From: Sminthopsis crassicaudata
Lineage: Eukaryota
DNA: 64,000 bases
NCBI RefSeq assembly: GCF_048593235.1
Contig: NC_133619.1
Coordinates: forward strand, 585,273,963 to 585,337,962
Reading direction: 5' to 3'
Of this stretch, positions 33,965 to 46,091 are shown piece after piece. Below the pieces are notes generated by a model, which worked only from the letters and a program-made list of their open reading frames with translations, searched no databases and was not told the DNA's origin. A program made the position numbers and the translations under genes. Each line of letters starts with the position of its first letter. Position 1 is the stretch's first letter.

Positions 33965-36900
33965 ATGGACGACATTTTCACCCAGTGCCGGGAGGGTAAC
34001 GCTGTGGCTGTGCGGTTGTGGCTGGACAACACGGAAAACGACTTGAACCAGGGGTGAGGGGCTCCGAGGGGCTGGGCAGGGCATAGCAGGCTGGAGAAAC
34101 CTATCTGGGGCACAGCCTCTTCTTGGGCAGAGTCTATAGGGTTTACTTGCTGTCTGTGATCCATACCAGGGCCAAGTGGAAGGGGCTGGGATGTTGGGGA
34201 GGGGAATGTATTTCGCAGAAACATTGGGAGATTGCGGCCCTAATTCTTGCATTAGGGCCGCAGGTGGGGTAAGGGCTTAAAGAACTCTGTGAGAACTCTG
34301 AAAAGCAGAATGTGAAAGTTCTAGGAATTCAGAGCTAGATATTCATTCCTAAGGTCTTAAATCTACAATTTTGTATTTCTCTTTTTGCCAGTTACTGTAG
34401 TGGTAAAGGACAGCCTTTGAGGGCTTATTAAACTGTCTTTGGAAGATAGAGTTGTGAGCTCTAGTTCCTGGTTCTTGAGCTTCTGGGCTAGGAGATTTGG
34501 GCAGATTCAGACCCAAAGAATAGTAGGTCAGTGTTAACTTGACGGGAGGTCTCTAGTGGAATAACCCAGGCACGGCTTGATTTTTGCGTTTTCAACATTT
34601 TCATCATTGACTTGGGGAGAGGTGTAAATGCCATGTGTGTCCTATTAGTTTTGTGTCACCTACAAAGAGTGATAGCTAAAAAACTGGACAGGGTAATTGG
34701 GACAGCCAGGTGGTGCAGTGGATAGAGCACCAGCCTTGAAGTCAGGAGGACCTGAGCTCAAATCCAACCTCAGACACTTAACACTTCCTAGCTAAGTAAC
34801 CCTGGGCAACTCATTTAATCCCAGATGCCTCACAAAACAAAAATAAAAACAAGAAACAAGGCAAGATCCCAAATCATATTATTAAGCTAAAGTCAGGTCA
34901 AATCTAATAGAAAATTTCACAGGGCTGTTCAAACATGTAATCTTACTTTTGGATTAAAATTTTCAATTGCACAAGAACCAATTGTGAATGTACAGATAAA
35001 CAATTCCTGTGGAAAAATTCTGGGGGTTTTAGTGGAATTCGTATTAAATGAGTTAATGTGACATTGTAGCAAAAAATATTTACTGTTTCCCAGGTCTTAT
35101 TCAGAAGCATTCATTCAACATACATTTTTTTCAGTACTTAGCCTGTGCCAGGCAGTAGCAATACAAAGATAAAAATGAAACAATCCGGGGCAGGTAGGTG
35201 TGCAGTGGAGAGAGCACCAGCCCTGAAGTCAGAAGGACCTGAGTTTGAATGTGATCTCAGACACTTAATGCTTCCTAGTTGTGTGACCCTGGGCAAGTCA
35301 CTTAACTCCAGTTGCCTCAGCAAAAAAAAAAAAAAAAAAAAAAAAGGCAAGAAAACAAATCCCTCTTCTCAAAGAGCTTCCATTCCACTGGGGGAAAGGG
35401 GAGATTAACATGTATAAACAGCAATCTAAAGTGAATATAGTGATTGGAAAGGGCACTAATGTTAATGACTAGAAGGGGATCTAGTCACACACGAACTGAG
35501 CCTGGGAAAAAAAAAAATAGGAGTTCTAGGAGGCTTAGATGAGGAGATAGTTCATCCTACTTATGAGAGACAAGCCTGTGTATTAAGGCATAGAAGCTGG
35601 AGATGGGGTGCCAAATTTAGAGAATATCAAGCAAGTCACTTTGCCTGAAAATTAAAATGTATGAGGGAGAGTAATGAATGGGAAGTCAGTCTGGATAGAT
35701 CAGAGTATCGTTGACAAGAGTTTCAAAAGCCAAATAAAAAATTATATAGTAGATTTAGTCACTAAAGCTTCTTGAATAGAGAAGTGATAGGGTCAGACCT
35801 ACATTTTAGAAAGGACAATTTGGGGGCTATAGAATGATGAGACCCACTTAGGAATTTTTTGCAGTAGTCTGGGCAAGAGATGATGAAGGGCCAGAAGAAG
35901 ACGTTGATTATGTAAATGGAAAGAAAGGGACAGATGTGAGAGAGATTGTAGGGGTAAACTCTCCTAAGACTTGGAAATTGATTGGCTATGGAGGTGAGAA
36001 ACAATAAAAAATCAAAAATGACTTGAGTGTTGGAACTAAGGTGGCTAAGAAGATGGTAGAAATAGGGAATTCAAAATGAATTAGTTTGGACAGAGAGATG
36101 AGATCCATTTTGGACATGCTTAGATTTCTGTAGAACATCTTATTAGGAGTATTTGGTGATTTAGGACTGATTTCAGTTCATGGAACAGTAGGTTTAGCTA
36201 TAATGATCTTAGAATCATTTGCATAGAAATGATAATTGAATATGTGGGAATTGACAGAAGTCACCAAGAAAGAATATAAAGAAGGGCAAAGACAAAGCCA
36301 TGGGGACATCTAAAATTAGGGGCCCAAACTTGGATAATGATTCAGCAAAGAAGACTAAGAAAGAATGTCTATACAGAGAATCACAGATATTTCGGGAAAC
36401 TCTAGGGAGAAAATATTAAGAAAGGAGTTGGTTAGCTGGAGGTTAAAGATGATGACTGAAAGCGCCACTTGGTTTTAGAGAAATTGAGAAATCTTTGATA
36501 AACTTGGAGAGAGCATTTTCAGTCTAGTAGTGAGATCAGAAGCTAGTTTGGAATGACTTGAGAAACATAAGAGGTCATAAGAATAGATTTTTTTTTTAAA
36601 ACAATGTAATTTATGAAAAGGAAGAAAGATAAAGGACAATGACTTGAGGAAATGCCATGGCTAAAAAAAATCATTTGCTTATTTAGTCTAAGGAGCATTT
36701 TTGTAAGCAATAAAGAAGAATGAGCCAGATACAGTGAGGTTGCGGATTAGGAACGGGAAGATGGTGGAGGCTAGTGGGGGGAATAATGCTGGAGATGGCA
36801 GTGGAGAGGGTCAAGGGCAGAGAAGTTGACCTAGAGTAAAGGAGGTCACATTAATGGCTTTTTGAGTTATAGAAAAAGGGAAAAAGATGGAATCCATACA

Positions 36901-39900
36901 AAGAACCTGTTTCCTCTGACTAGATCATTTGCAGAGAAGGGGGGAGGAATGGTTAAGGAGTAGGTCAGAGGTGTGGGTGTGTATATCAGAGACAGAAATT
37001 TGAGCCTGAGCAAAAAGAAGGGAGTTAACCAGTTGCAGTGAAATAATACAACAGTGAAGTCCTCTTAAACAGCACAGATATGTGACTTCTTCCAGTACTG
37101 CTCAGCAGCATAGTGATTGCGAGTTAAATTTAGTATGAGTAGATAAGTAGGGCGATATAGGATGGTAAATTAAAGTGAGATAGAAGAATTTCAAAGTTCT
37201 GGAACAGAGAAGCAAATTCTCATGGGTGGTGGTTAGAGCAAGAATATAACTTGAAGATCACTGGACATGGACACCAAATTTTGTTCTCTACCTTGCCCTA
37301 ATTGGACCTTATCTTGAATATTGTAGGGTTTGATAAGTAGAGGATTGGAAAAACTGTCATGTGAAAAGGGGGATTAGGCTCAATGTAAGGAAAAAAATTT
37401 TAATTAGACCTACCTATAGCATGCATGCAATAGGAAGTAGTTAAGTTTCTTATGTCTCAATATTATAAAGCAGATGCTGGGAAGCCAGTTGTTCAGGGTG
37501 TTTTAGAAGAAATTCCGGATCAAGGACTGGACTTAGAGCAGAGTCTCAGAATCTCGGGATTTGTATGTATACAAACATATTTGTAGCTGAAAGAAGCAGA
37601 AGGGAGAGGCCTATAGTCGAACTAACAGGAGCCTCTGCTCCACCCCTCTTCGAAATGACCCAAACCCTTCAGGCTCAGCCACACCCCTCCTCCTCAGACT
37701 AGCCTGTCCCCAGTCCTTCTAGAGTGTTTGCTCCACCCCAGTCCTGCCTCTCAGTTCTGCTTGGGCAGCCTTCCTACCTCCAGACCTCTGTGGGAATTTC
37801 CTTATATGGCCATTTGACCAGAGGCCCTCTGCTGGAGGCAAGCCCCTCCCTCAACAGCTTCTGATTTCCCTTTCAGTCCCTAGAGTTCTGCTAGAACTCC
37901 TAGGGATTCTCCAGTTCTAGTGACTATTGACCCTCTTTTAGTCAACAGATCCTGATGTCTGATTTCTGCCAGCTTTTAATTATGCCCTTAAACTCCATCC
38001 CCACCCCCATTAAAAACTAGTTTATATAGAATTTTATATCTTTTTTTCACTTAATTTTTTTCCATTTAATAGATTAGGAAACAAGCTTAGAGTTTAAATG
38101 ACTTCCAGGCTTATACATCAAGTATCAGCTATTTTGATTCCAATCCAATTTTCTGTTTCATCCATCACATTTGTCCTATCCCTCAACCCCTTAACCATGC
38201 TGTGACCTTAAATTCATTTTTCTGGCCCTCTATTATCACAGGATTGATTTTATTTCCACAATCCACTTTTCACAATTCATTTTTTTGTTATAAGTTTAAG
38301 GCAGTGTAGAAATGTGAATTTTGACCTTATTTATTCCCATTTTCTAGGGATGACCATGGTTTCTCTCCTCTGCACTGGGCCTGCCGAGAAGGCCGCTCAG
38401 CTGTGGTTGAAATGCTGATCATGAGAGGAGCCCGAATCAACGTAATGAACAGGGGTGATGATACCCCACTCCACTTAGCAGCCAGCCATGGGCACCGGGA
38501 CATTGTGCAAAAAGTAGGCAATCTTTCCTTTATATCATCTAGATTGGAGCACTGTTCAGAGGAATTGGACAATGGGATAGGGTTTGGCCCTTGGCATGGG
38601 ATGAGGAAGGGCTCTTATCTGTATATCTACTGCCAGAAAACATTGTCTGAGGAAGAGGGGGAGGGGGTGGTACTGAGTTAATGGGGTACACATGTCCTTT
38701 GTTTTTTTCTTAGTTGCTTCAATACAAGGCTGACATAAATGCAGTGAATGAGCATGGGAATGTGCCCCTTCATTATGCCTGCTTCTGGGGCCAGGACCAA
38801 GTGGCAGAGGTGAGGATTTTACTCATTTTGGGGAAGAACATCTGATCTCCAAAGGTGTTACGGGAGAAAGTGGGTAGGGGTAGGAAATGATCCATTATGG
38901 TCATTCCTTCCCCAGGATCTTGTTGCTGGTGGAGCACTAATCAGCATTTGTAACAAGTATGGAGAAATGCCAGTGGACAAGGCCAAAGCCCCACTTCGAG
39001 AGAGCCTCCGAGGTGAGCTGTGGATCCCAAACTCACTGTCCAGCCCCCAATGTTGTTTTTCAAGTAGAAGGTCATCTGTGGGAGGGGGAATAGATTGGGG
39101 TCCAGCTTTCATATTGCTTACCCTGAGGGGCTTATGCCTCTTGATTGCTTTTCCTTCTCAGAACGAGCAGAGAAGCTGGGCCAGCCAATGGGCCGGATCC
39201 CATACAAAGACACGTTCTGGAAAGGAACAACACGCACTCGACCTCGTGAGTTGTAATAGTTTACTCTTAACACCCAACAACTCTTCCCTTAAAGTTCTAC
39301 TCCTTGGTGAATTCCATTATCTACCCCAATTCATTATCCTCAAAGGGACTGGCCCTGGACATCTCCCCCCCCCCCATTCCCCTTCAGGGAACAGCCCCTA
39401 CCTAGCTCCCCTGTCTAACACCCCACTCCTCTCAGGGAACGGCACCCTGAATAAACACTCAGGCATCGACTTCAAGCAGCTCAACCTGATGGTGAAACTC
39501 AACGAGAACCAATCAGGAGAGGTGACCTGTAGACCCTTAAGAACCCTTTAGTTCCAAGCCCAAATCCCCTAACTGCCTTAGCCTTGGCCTCCTAACCACA
39601 CCCCATCTACCCCAAGCTTTCTGCACAGGCCAGAAACCCTGTATTGTGCTTTCTCCTTTCTAATCATTCCTCTACATCACTCACTGCATAGTGGGGAAAA
39701 ACCTTGGATTTCCTGGAGAGAAAGTGGGTTTGGCTCTTATTTTGCTGTATAAGTTATTTGATTTCTCTAGGCCTTTACTTTCATATGTAAAATCAAAGGG
39801 GTTATAGAGATGATCTGAGGTCCCTTCCAGCTCCAATTTCTGTGATCTTATCCTCCCTGACCCTAATCCCTAATCTGATCCTGCCTGTCCCAACCCAGCT

Positions 39901-41134
39901 GTGGAAGGGTCGGTGGCAGGGGAATGACATCGTCATCAAGATGTTGAAGATCCGTGACTGGAGTACAAGAAAGAGCAGAGACTTTAATGAGGAGTATCCT
40001 AAGCTGAGGTGGGGGAGTTGGGGGTATGGGGAGGTGGGGAATCAAAGGGGCAGAGCAGCAGGTGAGTTCTCAATTATCTTTGCAGGATCTTTTCACACCC
40101 CAATGTGCTGCCTGTTTTGGGAGCTTGTCAGGCGCCCCCTGCCCCTCACCCTGTTCTCATCACCCACTGGATGCCTTATGGCTCCCTCTACAACGTGCTT
40201 CATGAAGGGACAAGTGAGTTGTGCCATTGCACCCAAAAAAGGCTGAGATGAGAGTTGGGGACAGGGAGGGTAGAGACAGGAGCTTGCAGCCAGCTATCTG
40301 GTCTGAAGGGTAACTCCTTTCCTTCTCCCAGATTTTGTCGTTGACCAGACCCAGGCAGTTAAGTTTGCTCTGGACATGGCAAGGGGCATGGCCTTCCTGC
40401 ACACACTGGAGCCCCTCATACCCCGACATGCCCTCAACAGCCGAAGCGTTATGGTGAGACTTAAAGCTGCAATGGACTCAGTATATCTAATCTAATCCAA
40501 CTGTTACTTGAGCAGATTCCTCACTACAACCAGCCTTTGTTTTTTCCTCCCCAGATTGACGAGGATATGACTGCCCGTATCAGCATGGCTGACGTGAAAT
40601 TCTCCTTTCAGTGTCCAGGGCGCATGTATGCCCCTGCCTGGGTGGCTCCTGAGGGTAGGGGGGATGAAGGCAGAAGATAGCAGATTTACTGGGGTGGTGG
40701 GAGACAGGGAAAGAGTCAGGCTTCTTATCCCAATTCTTTCCCTCGACCCAGCCTTGCAGAAGAAGCCAGAGGAGATTAATCGTCGTTCTGCAGACATGTG
40801 GAGTTTTGCCGTGCTGTTGTGGGAACTGGTGACAAGGGAAGTGCCATTTGCTGACCTCTCCAACATGGAAATTGGCATGAAGGTCTGGAAAATGCAGGAG
40901 ACATGTTGGGGGGGGGGGGGAGGATGAGGGTAAAAGCAGATTTATGGGACATGTCCTGAACCTGGGGATTCCTGCTGTTTATAGGTTGCTCTGGAAGGTC
41001 TCCGACCCACCATTCCTCCAGGTATCTCCCCACATGTGTGTAAACTCATGAAGATCTGCATGAATGAGGACCCAGCCAAGAGGCCCAAGTTTGATATGAT
41101 TGTGCCCATCCTGGAAAAGATGCAGGACAAATAA
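33965..41134 (+). CDS. ILK: Integrin-linked protein kinase (pseudokinase), 12 coding exons, 452 aa
   Basis: Exons 33965-34053, 38348-38513, 38714-38809, 38916-39012, 39162-39245, 39436-39521, 39899-40008, 40086-40213, 40332-40453, 40555-40654, 40752-40882, 40985-41134 (1359 nt). [12 protein letters not shown] start, ankyrin repeats, [17 protein letters not shown]-terminal ILEKMQDK*. Confidence 0.98.
34699..34860 (+). mobile_element. WSINE1-like SINE
   Basis: gggacagccaggtggtgcagtggatagagcacc ... A-rich tail. Confidence 0.85.
35187..35345 (+). mobile_element. WSINE1-like SINE
   Basis: ggggcaggtaggtgtgcagtggagagagcacc ... cagc(A)n. Confidence 0.88.
35400..36900 (-). mobile_element. Decayed LINE-2 (antisense to ILK)
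   Basis: Purine-rich + strand with L2 reverse motifs (ggtcagacctacattttagaaagg, ttttggacatgcttagattt); boundaries approximate. Confidence 0.6.
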
Positions 41135-41383
41135 GAGCCTTATGGGGGGAAGGGGGTACATCTATACCCCCTTCCTAGCAGCAGAACCCAGGGCCCTCCC
41201 TCTCCTGGCAACGGTACAGCCACCTCAGCTCCCCTTCAACCCCCAGCTTTAGGGGCTACCTTCCCACCCCCATCTGCCAATCTTGGAGGAGTGGGGGTAG
41301 GCTCAGCTTTGTTTCACACCATGCCAAGCCCCACTTCTCAGTGTCTCCCCAATGTGGGAAGAGCAGCCACCTGCCTCAGTCAC

Positions 41384-41397
41384 AATAAAGGTTTATT
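41384..41397. terminator. Back-to-back poly(A) signals of ILK (+, 41384-41389) and TAF10 (-, 41392-41397)
   Basis: AATAAA-GG-TTTATT between the two convergent stop codons. Confidence 0.85.
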
Positions 41398-41497
41398 ATG
41401 AAAACAGGCTGGTGTGGGAGTGGGTGGGGAAGAAGGAATGGGACTGAATGTGTACACACCCACACACACACCCCGGCCAGCCGGGGAAGAGGTGAGC

Positions 41498-43414
41498 TTA
41501 GGTGAAATAATGTGGCTTCTTGACATTAATGCCATATTCACTGAGTGCAGGGGTCAGGTCTTCCATGGTCAAGGTATACTTTCGGTCCTGGGAGAGAAAA
41601 ATGAAAGGCAATAATGTGAGCCAGGGATGTAGTCTTGATTCTTGCATTAAGAGGTTACATGTTCCCAGGCAAAGACTGAGTTTTTATGTATATAAATTAG
41701 GGGTAATAATTCCCATAGTTTTCACAGGACCAGAGAGGTCTACTAGTAGAAAGTTTCAAGTGTCACTAGGAGATCCAGGGGAACATTTATCACGTCACCA
41801 GCCTAATGCCAATCTACTCACTTTGCTCTTGCTCCTGGAGCTGCCTGAAGCAGTGCCCTTCATCTTGCAGTGCTGTAGGGCATCATTGGCAATGTCAGAG
41901 ATGAACTTCTGGGCTGCCAGGGAGATGAGCCGGACACTGGGAAGGTAGAAGGAGTTGGCATATGGGGATAAAACTAGCCCTCCCTCAAGTTGAAGTCTGT
42001 ACTTGGCATACAGAAAGGAGCCAGAGATGCTCACTAGATGCTGGGGACTGGATTTTCCTGTCCCAAATCACTTACATTCTGGGATCAGAGGCTTCAAAAC
42101 CAGCACGATTCAGGTAGTAACCAGTAACAGCATCTGGAATCTGAGAACATAAAACTTTAATCAGTCATTAAGTACATAATGTATCAGGCATTATGCTAGG
42201 TACTAGGGATACAAAGAAAATCAAAAATATCTTTGAAACCAAAGAGTGGTTTAATCAAAAGTGTGGAGTGTGTGCATAATAGAAAGGGGGAGGGAGGCCA
42301 AAAGTCAAGAGATTTGGGTAAACCTCATAGAAAACAGCTCTAGAAATAGTCCATAAAAGAAATTAGAACCTTTGGGTAAATCTAGCTTTTGCTGAATGCT
42401 AATGCCCTTCAGAAACATGGGAGAAAAAGACCTTCAGCCTAGAGAGAAAAATGGATTTAATAAGGAAAAATTAATGACAGAAGGAATCTCGATAAGTTGG
42501 CCAACACAAGGATGCAGAGAACTGAGAAAAGGTTGTAAGAACAGTTATACGTACTGTGGGTGTGTAGTCTTCCAGTTGCATGAGGAAGTCCACCAGGGGG
42601 GTATTGGACACAACGGGCTTGACCTCTCCATTGGCAGCACCAGGCAGCACGTACACCCCGTTAGACATGGCACCTTCCGGAGGGGCTGTCCCCCCAGCTG
42701 CCGATACCGGGACTGCCAGAGAACAGATAAGAGAAATTTCAAATGGATAGTGGAGTAGTGGGAAGAGTGATGTTCGCTAGGAAGCCAACACTAAATTCAG
42801 GAGGGGCACCTGGCTGATCTGGAAACGCCTCACACTAGGTCTTCCAGGCTCGCGTTGCTCAGCTGTTCAGTATTCCCTCGTTTCCTCAGCGCTCTGGAAG
42901 GCTCGCCGTCCCTCCCCACCCCCACCACACACACCCCTTTAGGGCCTTTCTGAGACAGAAGGGCCCTCGGTTATCCAGTCAGTTCTCTGTGAACAAGAAT
43001 CTACGATAGCAACTGGTCCTCCAAGCTTCTCTTTAAGGCCCTCCTGGAGGGTTCGGGCGCCTTCCATCCTAGGACAGCTTTGCTTTTGTCAGCGACTTCA
43101 GGAAAACGACTCTCAAGCTGCGCCACCCACACGAGAGCCCCAGTTCCCCCCAGCTCTTCTCATCCTATACGGGTCCTGGCTCGTTCCCCCCGCGCTCCCT
43201 GCTCACCCGAGGCCCGGCGGTCGGACGTGTCCCCCCGGCCAGGGCCGGGGCCTGCGCCTCCCGCGGGGCTGGCCTTGCTCTCGACTGTAGCGGGAGCCGG
43301 CGCCGGTGCAGGGGTCGGGGTCGGAGCAGGGGTGGGGGTGGGAGTCGGGGCCGGGCCCGGCGGGGCAGGGGCAGGGGCCGGGACCACCTCGGGGTCCGCG
43401 CCACTGCCACTCAT
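41498..43414 (-). CDS. TAF10: Transcription initiation factor TFIID subunit 10, 5 exons, 211 aa
   Basis: Exons 43207-43414, 42555-42712, 42076-42140, 41822-41936, 41498-41587 (636 nt). [54 protein letters not shown]. Confidence 0.97.
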
Positions 43415-43419
43415 GGCGC

Positions 43420-44250
43420 CGGGCAGGAGGCGGGGAGCGGGGACGGAACCCGAGGCCGAGAACTAGAAGGACAGAACCGCTTCCGCTTCCGTTTAGGTTC
43501 ACGGTCTTTCCCTCCCCCTCAAGCGACTCCCTCCTACTTCCGGCTGAAGCCGCGCCCTCCGATCCCGTTGGCGTAACCGCGACGTCGAGTCCTACCTATG
43601 GCTTGTATTCCTCTCCCAATGGATCCGGCTTGGCGCGCCTCTTTCGCCCCACCCCACCAGGATCATAGAGAAGTGCGAAGCTAGAGGGTCTGTGGAACCG
43701 CTGGGGTTGCTGTGGAAACCGGCTCGTTTGTCTTCTGTAGATTGAACTTTCCTTTGGCCTCCCGGACCTCGGAGGCCGGGTGAGCCCTCTCTTAGCCCTC
43801 TGTGATTCCGGCCCACGTTGAGGTCTCGAGCACTCTGACTCAAGTCCGAGTTCATCTGTTGCTTATTGGGTGGGTAACTGAGTAATTAACCTCACTGGAC
43901 CTACTGCCTCCTCTGTAAAAAAAAAGTCCCCTCAGTCCCGGGTCTCTCCCGGCACTAAGCCAGTGCATGACCCCGGGGGCTGAGCGGCGCCGGCGGAGGC
44001 CGAAGGACTGTGGAGGTCGGGAGTCCCTGGGCTACAGTCTCTTCCGTCTCCGGCTCGGCGGGCTCCGCCGCTCTGTGCTACGAGAAACTCCCTGACTAAT
44101 GGCGGCTCTAACTTCAGCCGCGCTCTTGACCTACACCTTTAAGAAACGGCAGCGTGTTATCAGTGGGTAAAGATCGTCCGTTCCCTCTACTTTCGTTGTC
44201 TCTGCACGAACCAGTTAGCGAGTGGGAAACTGGGCTCCTCTATCCTTTTT
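43420..44250. promoter_or_regulatory. TAF10 promoter CpG island
   Basis: CpG-rich; tandem ETS-type CTTCCG motifs at about 43479-43491 and 43537-43543. Confidence 0.7.
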
Positions 44251-45741
44251 CCCTTCCTGGATTTCTGGACTGAGCCGATTTTAAGTGTCCAAAGTTCTTT
44301 TCTTCTAGGAAACTACTCCAGAAGTCAGAGGCTTCCCCCCCCCCCCCCCTTTGTGTACATTTTCCCTGACAGGATCCTCCCCTCAGAGCTGCTCCAAATT
44401 CCTTCTCACACATTGACTGAAGAATCTTTTTTTTTTTTTTTTTTAATTTTTAAAAAATAGTGGTGTTTCTCCTCCCCGGAGGCTTTCTGGTGAAAACTGG
44501 AAGCAGTGGAAGATTGGACTTGCAAGCAGGAGACTTGGCCCCAAGCTTCATTAGCGGTTGGATTGGATTTCAGTTTGTCTGTGCATTGACAAAGACTTCC
44601 TTTAGTTTTAAGTTGCTTTAACAAAGTGTATCCAAACATTTTTTTGGCAAGTGGGTGTCTGCTTTGTAAAACCTTATATTCAGCTCATTTCTGCAGTCAC
44701 TTTTTGCCACTGTGGCAGCTGCGGGATACAGTGTATCACCGGAGTCAGGGAGGTTCTTCTCCGGGTGGCTTAACCCCGCCTGCCTCCGCCGCTCATTTGT
44801 AATATGAACCAGAAAAGGAAATGGCGAATCTTCCAGTGTCTTTGCCGAGAAAACTCCAAAGGAGTCAGGAACAGTCACATACAACTAATTAACCGTTTGC
44901 AAAACACGCCTACCTATTTTACAGTGTTATCGTAAATGTGGCTGGGCGACGTATGGTATCGTAGATATCATAGAGCTTTGTTTTTTAACTCTAGTGCTTT
45001 TGTCATACAATATCAAATAGTATAACTATCTAAATTTGTCATGATCCACTAATAGATTGCCCCTATAAAGGGGAAGGGGGGAATAATTCCTCATTTAAAC
45101 TCCTATACTGCTCCTGCCTTCCCTTTCCCCTACCAGTGCCTAGCCCCATATTCTACATAGATAAAATTTTTTAAAATGTTATTAACAACTATTCACATCA
45201 ATCAAGAGATGATTGCAGGGGTGACGCTTCTTCCTTCAATTCCATTTGCAATCAAACAAGCCTGTCCTAGCTAACGGTTTTCTAAGAGCATTTATGATAA
45301 AGGTTCAGGGCATCAGGTTCCTTCTTCATCTCTGCCCCATTTTCTCCCCTGGAGTTACCAGCAGTAAAAATGAATATGGAAATCTCCAGGACTTATTCTG
45401 ACTCAGCAATAACAAGGAGGTAAGGATCAGGGCCCAGGGCCCATGAGTGTTAGCTCAAGTGGCAGACCAGGTTAATGGATGCAAAATCACATCCCTGGTT
45501 GCTTAATGGGACCCAGGGCCTCTCCGACAGCATGTTCTGGTGAGGATAATTCAGACTATACACGTGTGACCTTTTTAGGTCTCAATTTCCTTTTCTGAAC
45601 TAAGAATTGACCGGACCTTTCAGATATTTAACTGACCTGCACCCAGAGTGTGCAGGACCCTGGTCTTTGAAGACCAAGGGAAATCATGCTCCCTCTGTCC
45701 CTCAAGCAACTCAGAAGCTGTAGAGAAAAAAAATCACAGGC

Positions 45742-45747
45742 TTTATT
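45742..45747 (-). terminator. Candidate TPP1 poly(A) signal AATAAA
   Basis: tttatt on + strand, about 345 nt after the TPP1 stop. Confidence 0.55.
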
Positions 45748-46091
45748 TTTTTGCAAATATAGACAACAGTAAGCAAAGTAGGAAGGGGAATACTCATGGA
45801 CAAATGAGGTCATCTATACTGGCTCTGATTGCCTGGGGCGGGTTTGGCTTCAATGGCCTGGCAAGGGAAACTGAAGAAATAGGAAGAACTAGGGGGAAGA
45901 ATTAAGCCCTACAAATACTGCATGAGGGGGTAGTGATGTTGATCAGTACCCATGAAAGTTGCAGAATTGGTTACTGCAGGAGTCAACTTAGTGCTCACAG
46001 CAAGGGTGAGTCAGGGAATCAGTACCTACAGCAGGGTGGGATCAGGGTGTCAAAAGGGTGGGATTTTTCAAGAACAGGGTAAGATCAAGTC

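Noticed and set aside
34699-35345. tRNA genes suggested by A/B-box-like motifs
   Set aside because: They are tRNA-derived SINE heads followed by CORE-like bodies and poly(A) tails; no cloverleaf
38967-39551. 194-aa ORF inside ILK as a novel protein
   Set aside because: Read-through across short introns joining parts of ILK exons; not an independent gene
44925-45060. Possible hAT terminal repeat (ggctgggcgacgtat)
   Set aside because: No partner TIR or TSD found
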